A DNA stretch of 64,000 bases, taken from NCBI GenBank assembly GCA_963675785.1, contig OY776562.1, forward strand, positions 1,376,001 through 1,440,000, read 5' to 3'. The position numbers and the translations under genes are program-made. How positions within the stretch are numbered: position 1 is the first letter of the stretch; each line of letters starts with the position of its first letter. The notes beneath the pieces were generated by a model that did not search any database, had not been told where the DNA came from, and saw only the letters and a list, made by a program, of their open reading frames with translations. Below are positions 9,726-18,982 of this stretch, piece after piece. This DNA is from Anaerolineae bacterium. GTDB lineage: Bacteria > Chloroflexota > Anaerolineae > UBA1429.

Positions 9726-10961
9726 CTAATCGCTCCCCCACGAGGCAGAAGAAGCGTCGCCCGAATAGACAAAGGTGGTCACCATATAACCGTGAGTGCT
9801 CGCCCAGTTGCGCGCAGCATTTTCGAGTGCTGTGTTGTTGGAATTGAGGTACTTGCCGGCCAAGGCTGCATCGCCATAAGCGTCGAGCGCCTCGATCAAG
9901 ACCTCTTCCGAGCTCTCTTGGCCTTTTCGAATAAAGAAATCGACCGCGCCAGTTACGATGAACAAATCCCCTTGGTCAAAAGCCTCGTTCAACCGCTCTT
10001 CCGCCAAGGGGTCATCGGTCATGCCCAAGGCCGCGGCCGCATAGAATCGGGGACCTTCTGTGTCATCCACAATCGCAATCAACCGCTCGACCGCCTCAGA
10101 TCCCGCCTCCCCCAGGGCCTCTGCCGCCTTTTCCTGTAGGTCGGGATCGTCAGCATATAATAGATCGATCAACGTCGTAACAGCCTTTTCGCCGCCTATC
10201 CGTCCCAGTGCCGTGATCGCCGCATTATCACCTGCTTCTACCAGCACGATGAGCGCATCCACCGCGCGCTCGTCGCCAATATCCCCCAGGGCAGTAACCG
10301 CGGCAGAGCGTACCCCGTAATCCCCACTTTGCAGCAAAGGAATCAGAGACTCTACAGCGCGCACCTCGCCCGCATTCCCCAATGTTTCAGCCGCATACAT
10401 CTGGACAAAAACATCCTCATCCTGTAGCGCCGCAATCAGGGCATCCATAGCGTCGTCGCTACCAATTGCCGCCAGAGCAGCGGCGGCATTACTTTGCACA
10501 GCATAGTCCTCATCGCTCAGCGCCACAGCCAAGGCATCTACCGCCTCCTCAGCTTTGCGCTGCCCCAAAAGCGCCACTGCTCTGGCTCGCACACTACCGT
10601 CAGCATCTTGCAGCGCACTGATCAGCGCCTTTGTCGCTTTGTCTGTGCCAATCGTTCCCAGTTCCTCTACAGCCGCCAGGCGGGCATCGTTGTCTCCCTC
10701 TTGCAAAACAGCGGTACAAGTCTTAACCCTGCCCCACTCGCTTTCCGGGCCTAGTTGCGTGTAATAGGTAACCGCGATAAAGATCACCGCCATCAGTCCA
10801 GCCAACACGAAAATTAAAGTCCGATTCCGTTTCGCCTTGGCCATAGATTGCAGTGCCGCGGGATCGTCCGCATAGCGATCATAACATTCGCTACATGCAC
10901 CTACTTTCGCCCCACGAGAAGAACGATCGTACTGTTTGCCGCAAACGACACACCTAGCCAT
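9726..10961 (-). CDS. Membrane-anchored HEAT/PBS-lyase repeat protein with N-terminal zinc ribbon
   Basis: CVVC..CSEC, one TM, repeated VR..AA.ALG.IG...AV..LI..L units; ATG 10961 behind GAGGTG. Confidence 0.88.
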   Translation of the reverse strand: MARCVVCGKQYDRSSRGAKVGACSECYDRYADDPAALQSMAKAKRNRTLIFVLAGLMAVIFIAVTYYTQLGPESEWGRVKTCTAVLQEGDNDARLAAVEELGTIGTDKATKALISALQDADGSVRARAVALLGQRKAEEAVDALAVALSDEDYAVQSNAAAALAAIGSDDAMDALIAALQDEDVFVQMYAAETLGNAGEVRAVESLIPLLQSGDYGVRSAAVTALGDIGDERAVDALIVLVEAGDNAAITALGRIGGEKAVTTLIDLLYADDPDLQEKAAEALGEAGSEAVERLIAIVDDTEGPRFYAAAALGMTDDPLAEERLNEAFDQGDLFIVTGAVDFFIRKGQESSEEVLIEALDAYGDAALAGKYLNSNNTALENAARNWASTHGYMVTTFVYSGDASSASWGSD

Positions 10962-11111
10962 CGACTCACCTCTACCCTGCACACGTCGGTGATAGAGCCT
11001 CTTTATCTCAATCAAAAGCCCGAACAAGCGCTTTATGCTGATATACCACAAACAAAAGTGTTTTGCACTTTCTAGAGAGATTGTTCAGTATGATTCCCAC
11101 ACAAAACAAAA

Positions 11112-11153
11112 ACGCCCGGAGGAATCATCCTCCAGGATGATTCCTCCAGGCGT
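11112..11153 (-). terminator. Long hairpin terminator for gyrI-like gene
   Basis: acgcc-ggaggaatcatcc / ggatgattcctcc-ggcgt stem, preceded on + by A tracts (U tract on -). Confidence 0.65.
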
Positions 11154-11165
11154 CCTTCAAACCCT

Positions 11166-11663
11166 CTACTTTAGCTTCACCGGCAGCCAAAACTCGCAAT
11201 CGCCGCTGGCCGTGGGCAAATACACCTCCAACTCGGGTGCGGCGGCATGTACATATCCCGATTCCGGCAACCACTCGCCAAAGGCGTACATCTCAGCGGC
11301 CACCAGGCTGTCTGGCAGGGTGTGCCCGCCATCGAACACCGCCCAGGTGCAAGCCGGAACCTCGCGCACCAGCAGCCCCAGCGTTCGCGCTTCCGCTATC
11401 GCCTCTGGCCCCAACTCAGCCGCGATCCAAAACCAAAAGGCTCTGTCCGCGGGATCCTCGTCCACACACGATACTCCCATCACCGCCGCGCCAGTGCAGG
11501 CGCCTGGCTCCGAGCCGCGCAAACGGGGCAGCTCGCTCAGCAGGCCCTCTTCACGAAACTGCGCCCAAAAGCTGCCGAACAGGCTGTTGTCCTGATCCGA
11601 TATCCAGGTGCGCTGCCCCGCCACCACAAAGCTATCCCGCTCCACCACACGCCACATCACCAT
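11166..11663 (-). CDS. GyrI-like small-molecule effector-binding protein
   Basis: VPACTWAVF, EWLPESGY..A.APELEVY, CEFWLPV. Confidence 0.85.
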   Translation of the reverse strand: MVMWRVVERDSFVVAGQRTWISDQDNSLFGSFWAQFREEGLLSELPRLRGSEPGACTGAAVMGVSCVDEDPADRAFWFWIAAELGPEAIAEARTLGLLVREVPACTWAVFDGGHTLPDSLVAAEMYAFGEWLPESGYVHAAAPELEVYLPTASGDCEFWLPVKLK

Positions 11664-11741
11664 GAGCACCCTCTTTAGCAGGAAAATGGCTGATCAATAT
11701 ACCTCATGCCAATAGCTGAGCCAATATTCTGGCCAACAACG

Positions 11742-12065
11742 TCAGTCCCTCACGTGGTGAGGCATCTCCGCCGGCAGCACAATCTGCATCTCCACCAACC
11801 CGGCAAACTCGCCATCCACATACCACGGCGATTGATCCACCAGCTTGCGCACCCCGTTCTTCTCCGTGGTATAAGTGTGGCGCTTGCCCTCGGCCAGCAT
11901 CTCCGCCACCATCGTCCGCGAAGGCTCCGGGTGGCAATCCAGAATATTCTGCCCCGTCAGGTCCCCCTTAAAGGCCGCCACCGCGGCGGCGTTCATGTAC
12001 ACAATCACTCCCGCCGTATCCGTCACCGTAATCACCGCCGGATGCTCCTTGGCCCAATCTAGCAT
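11742..12065 (-). CDS. Standalone PAS-domain protein
   Basis: ITVTD..G.IVYMN, G.NILDCHP, YTTEKNG.RKL..QSPWY; AAGGAGG RBS upstream of ATG 12065. Confidence 0.85.
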   Translation of the reverse strand: MLDWAKEHPAVITVTDTAGVIVYMNAAAVAAFKGDLTGQNILDCHPEPSRTMVAEMLAEGKRHTYTTEKNGVRKLVDQSPWYVDGEFAGLVEMQIVLPAEMPHHVRD

Positions 12066-12365
12066 CATCATCCTCCTTGCCGGGCACCAAGCCGCCCTGC
12101 GCTCACCGGCACCACCCCGATGCGGGGGCGCGCCTCTGGCAGTTACCCCACCACCGACCACGATACGTTCCCCAGTCGGCGGGGCCAACCGTATTCGCCA
12201 GCCCCTTTATCCGCCCAGAAATACAGAGAACGCCCGGATACGCATCCGCGCGTTCTCTATCCACAACCGGCCAACCCTCTTGCCGGACATCAATTCTCTA
12301 TCTGCAATGTTGGGCTGAGTATATGAAGGATTGGCCCAAAGGCAAAATGACGAAAGTTAGGCATC

Positions 12366-12394
12366 TTGACACACCTCTCCCTTCTTTCTATAAT
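12366..12394 (+). promoter_or_regulatory. Consensus sigma70/SigA promoter of ssb-like gene
   Basis: TTGACA (12366-71), 17 bp, TATAAT (12389-94). Confidence 0.85.
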
Positions 12395-12409
12395 AGAACA
12401 AATGTTCTA
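12394..12409. promoter_or_regulatory. LexA (SOS) box, Gram-positive/Chloroflexi type
   Basis: TAGAAC-AAAT-GTTCTA palindrome matching GAAC-N4-GTTC, covering the expected transcription start. Confidence 0.85.
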
Positions 12410-12424
12410 AGCAGGAGGTCGCGC

Positions 12425-12823
12425 ATGTACCAAAGCCTAACCCTCATCGGACGCATTGACGCCACCCCAGAACGCCGCATCAGCCGCTCTGGCCGTCATG
12501 CCACCGTCTTTTACCTGCTCATCGAGCAATCCATTCGCGAGGCCGACGGCAGCTTTACCAACGAGTCCGTCCGCTTTCGCGTGAGCTGCTTTGAGCCTCT
12601 GGGCGAATTCGTCTATCCCCTCTTGCGACAGGACGCCATGGTATTGGTGCGCGGCACCCTGGCGCAACCCCACGCTTATCGTGGGCGTAATGGGCGTTGG
12701 CAGGCTGGCCTCGATGTGCGTGCGCAGCAAGTGCTGGCGCTGCCGCTCTCAACAGACAAGCTCGCGCCCAACCCCATGGATGAGCATATTCAGGTGCTAG
12801 AGCCAGAAATACTGCTGTTCTAG
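12425..12823 (+). CDS. ssb: Single-stranded DNA-binding protein paralog (OB fold)
   Basis: LTLIGRI...PE.R...SG, FRVSCF..LGE, VLVRGTL; AGGAGG RBS; atypical C-terminal tail EPEILLF. Confidence 0.8.
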   Translation: MYQSLTLIGRIDATPERRISRSGRHATVFYLLIEQSIREADGSFTNESVRFRVSCFEPLGEFVYPLLRQDAMVLVRGTLAQPHAYRGRNGRWQAGLDVRAQQVLALPLSTDKLAPNPMDEHIQVLEPEILLF

Positions 12824-12935
12824 CGAGAAATCGAATCTCGCCCTTGCCTCATATCGCTCAGTTGATGCATAATGCGGCGGTCATCGCTGAAACGTTGTTT
12901 GTTGTTGCCAGCAGAGACCCAATAAACAAGAGGCC

Positions 12936-13499
12936 ATGTCTATGCAAGTTACATCGATTCAGTGCCCCAATTGCGGGGCACCCCTCAACATCGAGCCATC
13001 GCAAGAAAAGATCATCTGTGGCTCTTGCGGCTCTCTCTTGCAACTGACCACCGGCTCCTCGGGCTTTCTCATGGCCCGACTAGTGAGCATCGGTCAAGAT
13101 ACCAGCTTTATCGCCCGCACCCAGGCCACCGAGCGACTGAAAAAACAGGTAGAAGCGCTGCAAGAAGAACAAGAAACTTTGGAGCTAAATCTCCAACTCC
13201 CCTTTAAACCCGTATCCAAGAAAACTGTGCGCCTATTTCTTCTCCTCTCAATCGCTATCTCGATAGCCATCTTTTTAGCCGTTGAAAACAAGTGGTTCTG
13301 CCTTGCCCCGCCGTTCTTGACTCTGGGAGTGTTTGGTCTCATCTATGCATTCCAGGATGCGCAGCATACAGCAGCGTTAGAAAGGCTACAGAAAACCTAC
13401 GGCCCCAAGCTAAAGGCAGTAGAGCAAGAGATCTTCGCCAAACAAGCCCAGCTTGACAAGCTGGAAAACGACCTCGATACCATAGCTATGAGCTTGTAA
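12936..13499 (+). CDS. Zinc-ribbon, coiled-coil, two-TM hypothetical protein
   Basis: CPNCGAPL...CGSCG, coiled coil, two TM helices. Confidence 0.78.
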   Translation: MSMQVTSIQCPNCGAPLNIEPSQEKIICGSCGSLLQLTTGSSGFLMARLVSIGQDTSFIARTQATERLKKQVEALQEEQETLELNLQLPFKPVSKKTVRLFLLLSIAISIAIFLAVENKWFCLAPPFLTLGVFGLIYAFQDAQHTAALERLQKTYGPKLKAVEQEIFAKQAQLDKLENDLDTIAMSL

Positions 13500-13533
13500 A
13501 AATGCCTCGTGCTCATCCTCGCTCGCGCACAAC

Positions 13534-13562
13534 AAAAAACGGAGAGGGTTTTCTCCCTCTCC
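13534..13562. terminator. Terminator hairpin between convergent genes
   Basis: A6 + ggagaggg/ccctctcc stem, T-rich on the other side. Confidence 0.55.
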
Positions 13563-13577
13563 ATTCTTCTTTATTTC

Positions 13578-14399
13578 CTACTTTTGGCAGCCCTCGCAGT
13601 AATAAATGCTGCCTCCTAGATAACTGGCCTTTTCGATCGTGCCGCCGCACCGCGGGCAAGCCGTGCCCACCGTGTTCCTGCTGAGCAGCGTCCGATAGCC
13701 GCCGTACTCGCCGAACAGGTCCTTCTCAGTGTCTCGACCGCCCTTTTCGGTCATCTCCCGTAACACGCTCACCACCTTGTCGTACATCAGCCGCAGCTCG
13801 TCTTCCGACACCGCGCCCATCTTGCGCTTGGGGTGCACCCCCGAGAGATAGAGGATGTCCTGCAGCACGCCGTTGCCCAGGCCGGGAATCCGCTGCTCGG
13901 TGGCCAAAAAGGCCTTGGCCGATAGCTTGTCCTCACAACCGGCCCGCAGCTCGCGGAAATAGTCCCAGGTGAAATCATCGCCCAACGGCGAAGGCTTTTT
14001 CACCGACCCCAGATAATACCCGTTCTCCAACTCACCCGCTGGCGAGACAAAGATGCCGCCGTACATCTGCACCGTTACGGCCAAGGCTGTTTCATCGCTA
14101 AACGTCAACAAAAGCTGGTGCTTTTTCGGCAGCTCAGCCAGGTTCGCACAGTAGCGCGGATAGGCCCCATCGCTCAGCACGATGCGGTAATCCCCCGCCG
14201 CCATCTCCACCAGGCCGCCCCAGGACACGCTCTCGCCCATCGTCTTGCCTGAAAGAAACCCGTCATACGCCGCCGGGTCGCCCTCGAACCAGGCAAATTT
14301 GTGCGGCGATTGGTTAGCGACCACGCTGGCAATCGTCTTGCCCGCCACCGTCTGCGAAAGCTGCTTGGCCAGGGTGTAACTTTCCGGTATCTCTAGCAT
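13578..14399 (-). CDS. Fpg/Nei-family DNA glycosylase-like protein (endonuclease VIII-like)
   Basis: H2TH motif KAFL..EQRIPGLGNGVLQDIL, C-terminal zinc finger CPRCG..YYCEGCQ; N-terminus MLEIPE. Confidence 0.88.
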   Translation of the reverse strand: MLEIPESYTLAKQLSQTVAGKTIASVVANQSPHKFAWFEGDPAAYDGFLSGKTMGESVSWGGLVEMAAGDYRIVLSDGAYPRYCANLAELPKKHQLLLTFSDETALAVTVQMYGGIFVSPAGELENGYYLGSVKKPSPLGDDFTWDYFRELRAGCEDKLSAKAFLATEQRIPGLGNGVLQDILYLSGVHPKRKMGAVSEDELRLMYDKVVSVLREMTEKGGRDTEKDLFGEYGGYRTLLSRNTVGTACPRCGGTIEKASYLGGSIYYCEGCQK

Positions 14400-14570
14400 G
14401 GTGCACCCTCCCCTGTCGTCGCAAGAGAATCATTATGTGTATGATTTAGCTGAGTGAAAACTAAATTATAAAACGGAATAAATAACATAAAATCTTCAAA
14501 CGATCCACAAGTGACCAAAAAGTAAACAACTCATCCGTTATGAGTTCAGTGTCCCTTAGCATATATAAGT

Positions 14571-15701
14571 CTATACAGAAACGACATACCCTAAAGCCTC
14601 AGCCCTTGGATCATCCCAGCCAAGTTTTCTTTTAAATCTATTTAGTCCTGTCTGCCAAGGAAGGACTGAATCATGTTGTAATCGCCCAACTATTATCCCA
14701 GGAGCCACGCCAATCTTCCGAGATTCTTCAACTATCTTGCTTCGAGTATATCGCTCTATCCCAATAAGTCGCTCATAATCTAATGGTTCAATTAAGAAGT
14801 CTGAAGCGAATTTATCTGCTTGGCGTTCCGATTCATCTATAGAATCACACGAGGCATCGCTATTTTCAAGATAGGTCTCTTTTTTGGAATCATTGAGAAG
14901 ATGACCAGCTTCATGAAATAAAGTAAACCAAAGTTGATCATCCGTTTTGTAGCGAAAACTAAGAAGAATCAAAGCTTTATCGGGAGTCAACCACTGAGAA
15001 GCACCAGAGCATCTAGTCCCCTTGAACTGCTTTACAAATGCAAGAGCCACACCAGCAGATGCAAATTCGTCTTGAATAGCTTGAAGAGCGATAATTGGAT
15101 CTTCTTTCAAACTGAGTGTTCTAGCTTCGACTAGTGCTTGTCGAAAAGCTACCTTATCGTACGACTGACAAGCAAGCTCACGTGCAGCCAATTCACCAAC
15201 TTTGAGCCAAGCTGCCAAATGGGCAGCCTCAGAATCCCAAGCGCGAGCAGCTCGAAGCATTGAAGGTTTTGCTTGCCAGCTATTCATACAAGCACTAGGA
15301 GTATCACATTCATAAAACCGCAAAAGCTGAAGTAAGCGATCAACTGAGCTTGAAGCTCCCAAGATTATTCCCCTATTCACAAGCTCAGAGTAAGGACATA
15401 CTTTGACCCAAGCGACTTCTGTAGAAAGTTCCTTCCGTTTTTTAGCGCGTTCTGCAGAAGCATCATATTCAGCCTGAATGCGAAGCAAATACTCGGATTC
15501 GATTCCAAGCACATTCTCCAGCTTAGCCGCCATAGGGGGAGTCAGTCTAATGTGCCCATTTACAAGCTGACTCATTGTCTTTTGGCTCAAGCCAGCTCTT
15601 TTTGCGACATCACCTTGGCTCAAGCCTAACTCGCTTATTCTCTCATCAATGAGAAGGCCGATATTGCCAACGTAGATTGGAAAGAATTCATTTCTAGCCA
15701 T
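14571..15701 (-). CDS. higA: HigA-type XRE HTH antitoxin fused to ImmA/IrrE metallopeptidase
   Basis: N-terminal HTH, WFTLFHEAGH (HExxH), E.QADKFA; overlaps upstream toxin gene; low GC. Confidence 0.88.
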   Translation of the reverse strand: MARNEFFPIYVGNIGLLIDERISELGLSQGDVAKRAGLSQKTMSQLVNGHIRLTPPMAAKLENVLGIESEYLLRIQAEYDASAERAKKRKELSTEVAWVKVCPYSELVNRGIILGASSSVDRLLQLLRFYECDTPSACMNSWQAKPSMLRAARAWDSEAAHLAAWLKVGELAARELACQSYDKVAFRQALVEARTLSLKEDPIIALQAIQDEFASAGVALAFVKQFKGTRCSGASQWLTPDKALILLSFRYKTDDQLWFTLFHEAGHLLNDSKKETYLENSDASCDSIDESERQADKFASDFLIEPLDYERLIGIERYTRSKIVEESRKIGVAPGIIVGRLQHDSVLPWQTGLNRFKRKLGWDDPRAEALGYVVSV

Positions 15702-16029
15702 GATAATCCTCAATTCGGACGATCTGTATCGCCGTCACGTGCGCCCAATCCAAACTTCCATCAGTATGTTCTGGAATTGGGTCGTTTGCTGGTTCTAAAA
15801 TAAGCCGCTTACCGTCATCTAGACGTAGTGATAAGACGTGGCAATCGGGAAAGTGCCTCAATTCCTCAAGGTGGCCAGGCGCTGATTTCGCTTCTAGGAG
15901 ATTGTTGGCAGCCTTCAGTGTCATTAAACGTTGTATATACAAATCAAAACGTTTCTGAGGCCATTTACGTGGTCGACGCCCACTATCAGCGACTTTCCTA
16001 AGATCATCCTGTAAGAATTGTATATCCAT
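15694..16029 (-). CDS. higB: HigB/RelE-family toxin
   Basis: 111 aa, MDIQF..., L.AA..L, SLRL..G.RLI.EP, I.I..IEDYH; toxin-first gene order. Confidence 0.8.
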   Translation of the reverse strand: MDIQFLQDDLRKVADSGRRPRKWPQKRFDLYIQRLMTLKAANNLLEAKSAPGHLEELRHFPDCHVLSLRLDDGKRLILEPANDPIPEHTDGSLDWAHVTAIQIVRIEDYHG

Positions 16030-16237
16030 TCCTAGCTTTCGTCAATATTTTTATTACCAAATTGGTAATATTTTCTGGATATGAGGAATACGCGTAAGTT
16101 AAACAAACGATCGAGCAGAAAAACTATATGCGCATATAATATCATAAACAACCTATCCGATAATACCCTTATAAACAGAATTTTTAAATATAAAATAACA
16201 ACCAAGTGCTTGATTCTTTTTGCCTTTTCCCACAAAC

Positions 16238-16271
16238 AAAAAAAGCGCGGCGAGGTCTCCCTCACCGCGCT
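16238..16271 (-). terminator. Intrinsic terminator of the minus-strand BKACE/PL11 operon
   Basis: gcgcggcgag / ctcaccgcgc stem with A7 on + (U7 on -). Confidence 0.65.
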
Positions 16272-16284
16272 CTACATTCACTCC

Positions 16285-18021
16285 CTACTCCTGCCGGGTC
16301 GTCCAAAAACTGCCCGACTCTGCATACTCGCCACCCTCTTCGGCCACACCGCGCGCCGCTTGCTCCTTACGCAACCGGTCATCGGCGTATTCTCGGCCCA
16401 CAATGCGGTTGGGCGGACTCAGGTACAGGTAATAGCCCGAACCGAGCTGGCTGCGGTCGTGCAAATATTCAAACGTCTCCGAGGGCGAATACCCCCGATA
16501 GTCGTGTGGCGTCATGTTCGAGAGCACAATCAGCGAATTATCCGCCTCATCGACGGTCACAATCTCTTCGCGGTAATCGCCGCACACATCCACACAAACC
16601 ATATTGCGGCCAAACACCGCCGTCTCTGGCAGCGTGCCGTCCGGCAAATCCACAATTTCGCCCGATGGCGCCAGTCGCACCACCCGCTTGTTACGCTTGC
16701 GCATCACAAAGCACACCTCGGGGCGGGCATCCCAGTGCACCGGCACAAAGCACTTGCGCTGCTCCTCGGTCAGGTTCTGCCAATGCCGCCCGTTAAAGGC
16801 GAATATCGGGTTGTGCTCCACCTGGCGCATACCAGCATCACCGGCGCCGTATTCCACGCGACCGTCCTCCGCCGTATGAGGCTGCAACCCCTGAATCTGC
16901 GCCGTGTGGCGGGCCACCCAGCCGAAATGCGCATGGCGATAGGGCTCTTTCCACAGCGTGCGCCCCTCGTTGTCCACCAAATACACGCCTGGGTTGTCCC
17001 CCTCCACCGCATACCAAATCTGCTTCCCCGGCAGGCTGCGGTCGATGTAGGCCGGCTTGTTGATATCCGTATGGCCGAACCACTCGGCCTCCCAGCGCAC
17101 CGTGCCGTCGCCGTTGTAACACATGCCACCGCAAATCACTTCTTGCACGCCGTCCTCGTCGATGTCCGCCACATCCAGGTTATGGCCGCCGGGTCGGGTT
17201 TGGTGCACCTGCCAAAACACGCCGCCATCCTCGCCGCGCAGCGCAGTCAGGTCCACCGGCCCGTACGTTTCGTCCTGCACCACCATGCAAGGGGCCTCAT
17301 CCCTGCCTCGCAAATAGGCCAGGGTCATCATCACACGGGATTGCTGAGCCGGCCAGGGTACGCGCCACACCACCTCACCCGTCTCCCCATCCAGACAGGT
17401 CATGGTCTCCCCATCAATGGCCGTGCTGTAATCCTCTGTGGGGTACGCCCCGTCTACAGGGTAATCGTGCACCAGCACCTCAGTGCGGCCATCGTGGTTC
17501 ACATCCCAGGCTGCCCAGGGGCAGTGGTTCATCGAACCATCCCAACCGCCGTGCACCGGCAGATGGGTATCGTATCGCCATAATTGTTTGCCCTCGTGGC
17601 CAATGGCAATCAGCCAGATGGTGCCCCCGCGAGCGCAACGCACCACATAACCCATGCGACCGTTGTTCTCCAAGTCGCCCACGATGATGCCCTGTACATC
17701 GTCATTCAGCGGCAGCGGCACACGTAGCGCTACATTGCTGCGCGGCACGCCAAAGCTCTGCCGCACTGTCTCACTGATGCGTCCCTCACCGTCCACCACG
17801 CGGTAATCGTACGTGCCCTGGTAGGGCTGGTGATCCTCATAGTTGGTGCGGTCGCGCAGGGGCTCAGGCGTCAAACGCTCCCAGCTACCGCTAATATCAC
17901 CTTCCACTGTTGCACGTTCCACCCAAAAGGGCATGTCCGGCGCATCGGATTCCAACAGCCGCCAGGATAGGCACACCGAACCGCCCGTTGCAAGCCCCAC
18001 AAGATAACGATAGATGTCCAT
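16285..18021 (-). CDS. Rhamnogalacturonan lyase (PL11, YesW-like) / FG-GAP beta-propeller protein
   Basis: N-terminal LSWRLLESD..F.V.R, DxDxDG loops (DVNHDGRTEV, DIDEDGVQEV), DVCGDYREEIV. Confidence 0.7.
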   Translation of the reverse strand: MDIYRYLVGLATGGSVCLSWRLLESDAPDMPFWVERATVEGDISGSWERLTPEPLRDRTNYEDHQPYQGTYDYRVVDGEGRISETVRQSFGVPRSNVALRVPLPLNDDVQGIIVGDLENNGRMGYVVRCARGGTIWLIAIGHEGKQLWRYDTHLPVHGGWDGSMNHCPWAAWDVNHDGRTEVLVHDYPVDGAYPTEDYSTAIDGETMTCLDGETGEVVWRVPWPAQQSRVMMTLAYLRGRDEAPCMVVQDETYGPVDLTALRGEDGGVFWQVHQTRPGGHNLDVADIDEDGVQEVICGGMCYNGDGTVRWEAEWFGHTDINKPAYIDRSLPGKQIWYAVEGDNPGVYLVDNEGRTLWKEPYRHAHFGWVARHTAQIQGLQPHTAEDGRVEYGAGDAGMRQVEHNPIFAFNGRHWQNLTEEQRKCFVPVHWDARPEVCFVMRKRNKRVVRLAPSGEIVDLPDGTLPETAVFGRNMVCVDVCGDYREEIVTVDEADNSLIVLSNMTPHDYRGYSPSETFEYLHDRSQLGSGYYLYLSPPNRIVGREYADDRLRKEQAARGVAEEGGEYAESGSFWTTRQE

Positions 18022-18034
18022 GAATGTTCCTTGG

Positions 18035-18970
18035 TCAGCAATTGCTCAAACTGTCGATTTGCCCTTTGGTCGTAAGGATAGTCAACGAGCCATAGACGAT
18101 TGGATCATCATCTGGGCCATAAAAGCTAAAGGGCAGATGCTGATTGTGCTCCTGTAGCATCAGTCCCCAACTGCAATGCTCGGCCACACAGACGCGTACA
18201 GCTCGGGCGCCCTCCTCATCTTCTTTAAAATCCTCGTTGCACACCACTGGCTTGCCAAAACGGCGTGCCTCGGCCACGCGTAGCGGAATCTCTTCCACTG
18301 GGGTTTCGTTGAAATGGATGAGCACATAGTCCGCAACCTCGCCCACGACATCCGGCACGTGGCCGTGGCCCAGCGTGCTGGTCGAAACCAGCAGCAGCGG
18401 ATTGGCCTCCTTGGCTATCTGCATCAGTTCCACCTGCCCGGCAGGCTCCTTGAGGATATCGTGCTTGTAGCCGGGGTGTCCGAACTCGTTGGCCACCTCT
18501 AGCAGCACATGCTCATAGCCCTGTTCCAGCAGCCAGGTAGCCGTGGCATACACCCCCGAACGCACCGCATCAGCATCCACCAGTATCCCACTCTGCCGCT
18601 GATAGTACACGCCCAGAATGACGGCCATGCCCAGGTCATCACAAGCCTCAATCACCCGAGCAACGCGGACCATATAGCCTGGTCGTAGCGTACCATCGGG
18701 GTTCAGTGCCGAATTCACCGCACCCTCATAGCCAGGCATACCGCCTTGCAAATTAAGGGTAATGGCCCGCATACCGGCGTTGCGGTATAGGGGCAGCATA
18801 CGCAAAAAAGCTCTGGTATTGGCCTCGGGGTCAAAATCGGGGCGTCCAGAATCCTCAAAGGTGCTGTTCACCGCACGCAAGTTCATCAGCAGTCCCTCAG
18901 CAGCAGCCCCCCGATAGGGCACACTGCCGTTGAGCAGCCACTCATTGCCACAAATAGCAATACGCGTCAA
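18035..18970 (-). CDS. Putative glycoside hydrolase, clan GH-A-like TIM barrel
   Basis: EVANE acid/base-like motif and KPVVCNED nucleophile-like motif; TTG start. Confidence 0.55.
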   Translation of the reverse strand: MTRIAICGNEWLLNGSVPYRGAAAEGLLMNLRAVNSTFEDSGRPDFDPEANTRAFLRMLPLYRNAGMRAITLNLQGGMPGYEGAVNSALNPDGTLRPGYMVRVARVIEACDDLGMAVILGVYYQRQSGILVDADAVRSGVYATATWLLEQGYEHVLLEVANEFGHPGYKHDILKEPAGQVELMQIAKEANPLLLVSTSTLGHGHVPDVVGEVADYVLIHFNETPVEEIPLRVAEARRFGKPVVCNEDFKEDEEGARAVRVCVAEHCSWGLMLQEHNQHLPFSFYGPDDDPIVYGSLTILTTKGQIDSLSNC

Positions 18971-18982
18971 GAGTATTCTCCT

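Noticed and set aside
12077-12424. N-terminal extension of ssb in the ORF track (likewise 40898, 59559, 20835, 11051)
   Set aside because: Promoter/RBS positions and domain starts support the downstream start codons used
16032-16265. 77-aa ORF upstream of higB
   Set aside because: AT-rich promoter region overlapping a terminator; no RBS or family features
16081-17583. 500-aa plus-strand ORF
   Set aside because: Antisense to the PL11-like gene; composition typical of a shadow frame
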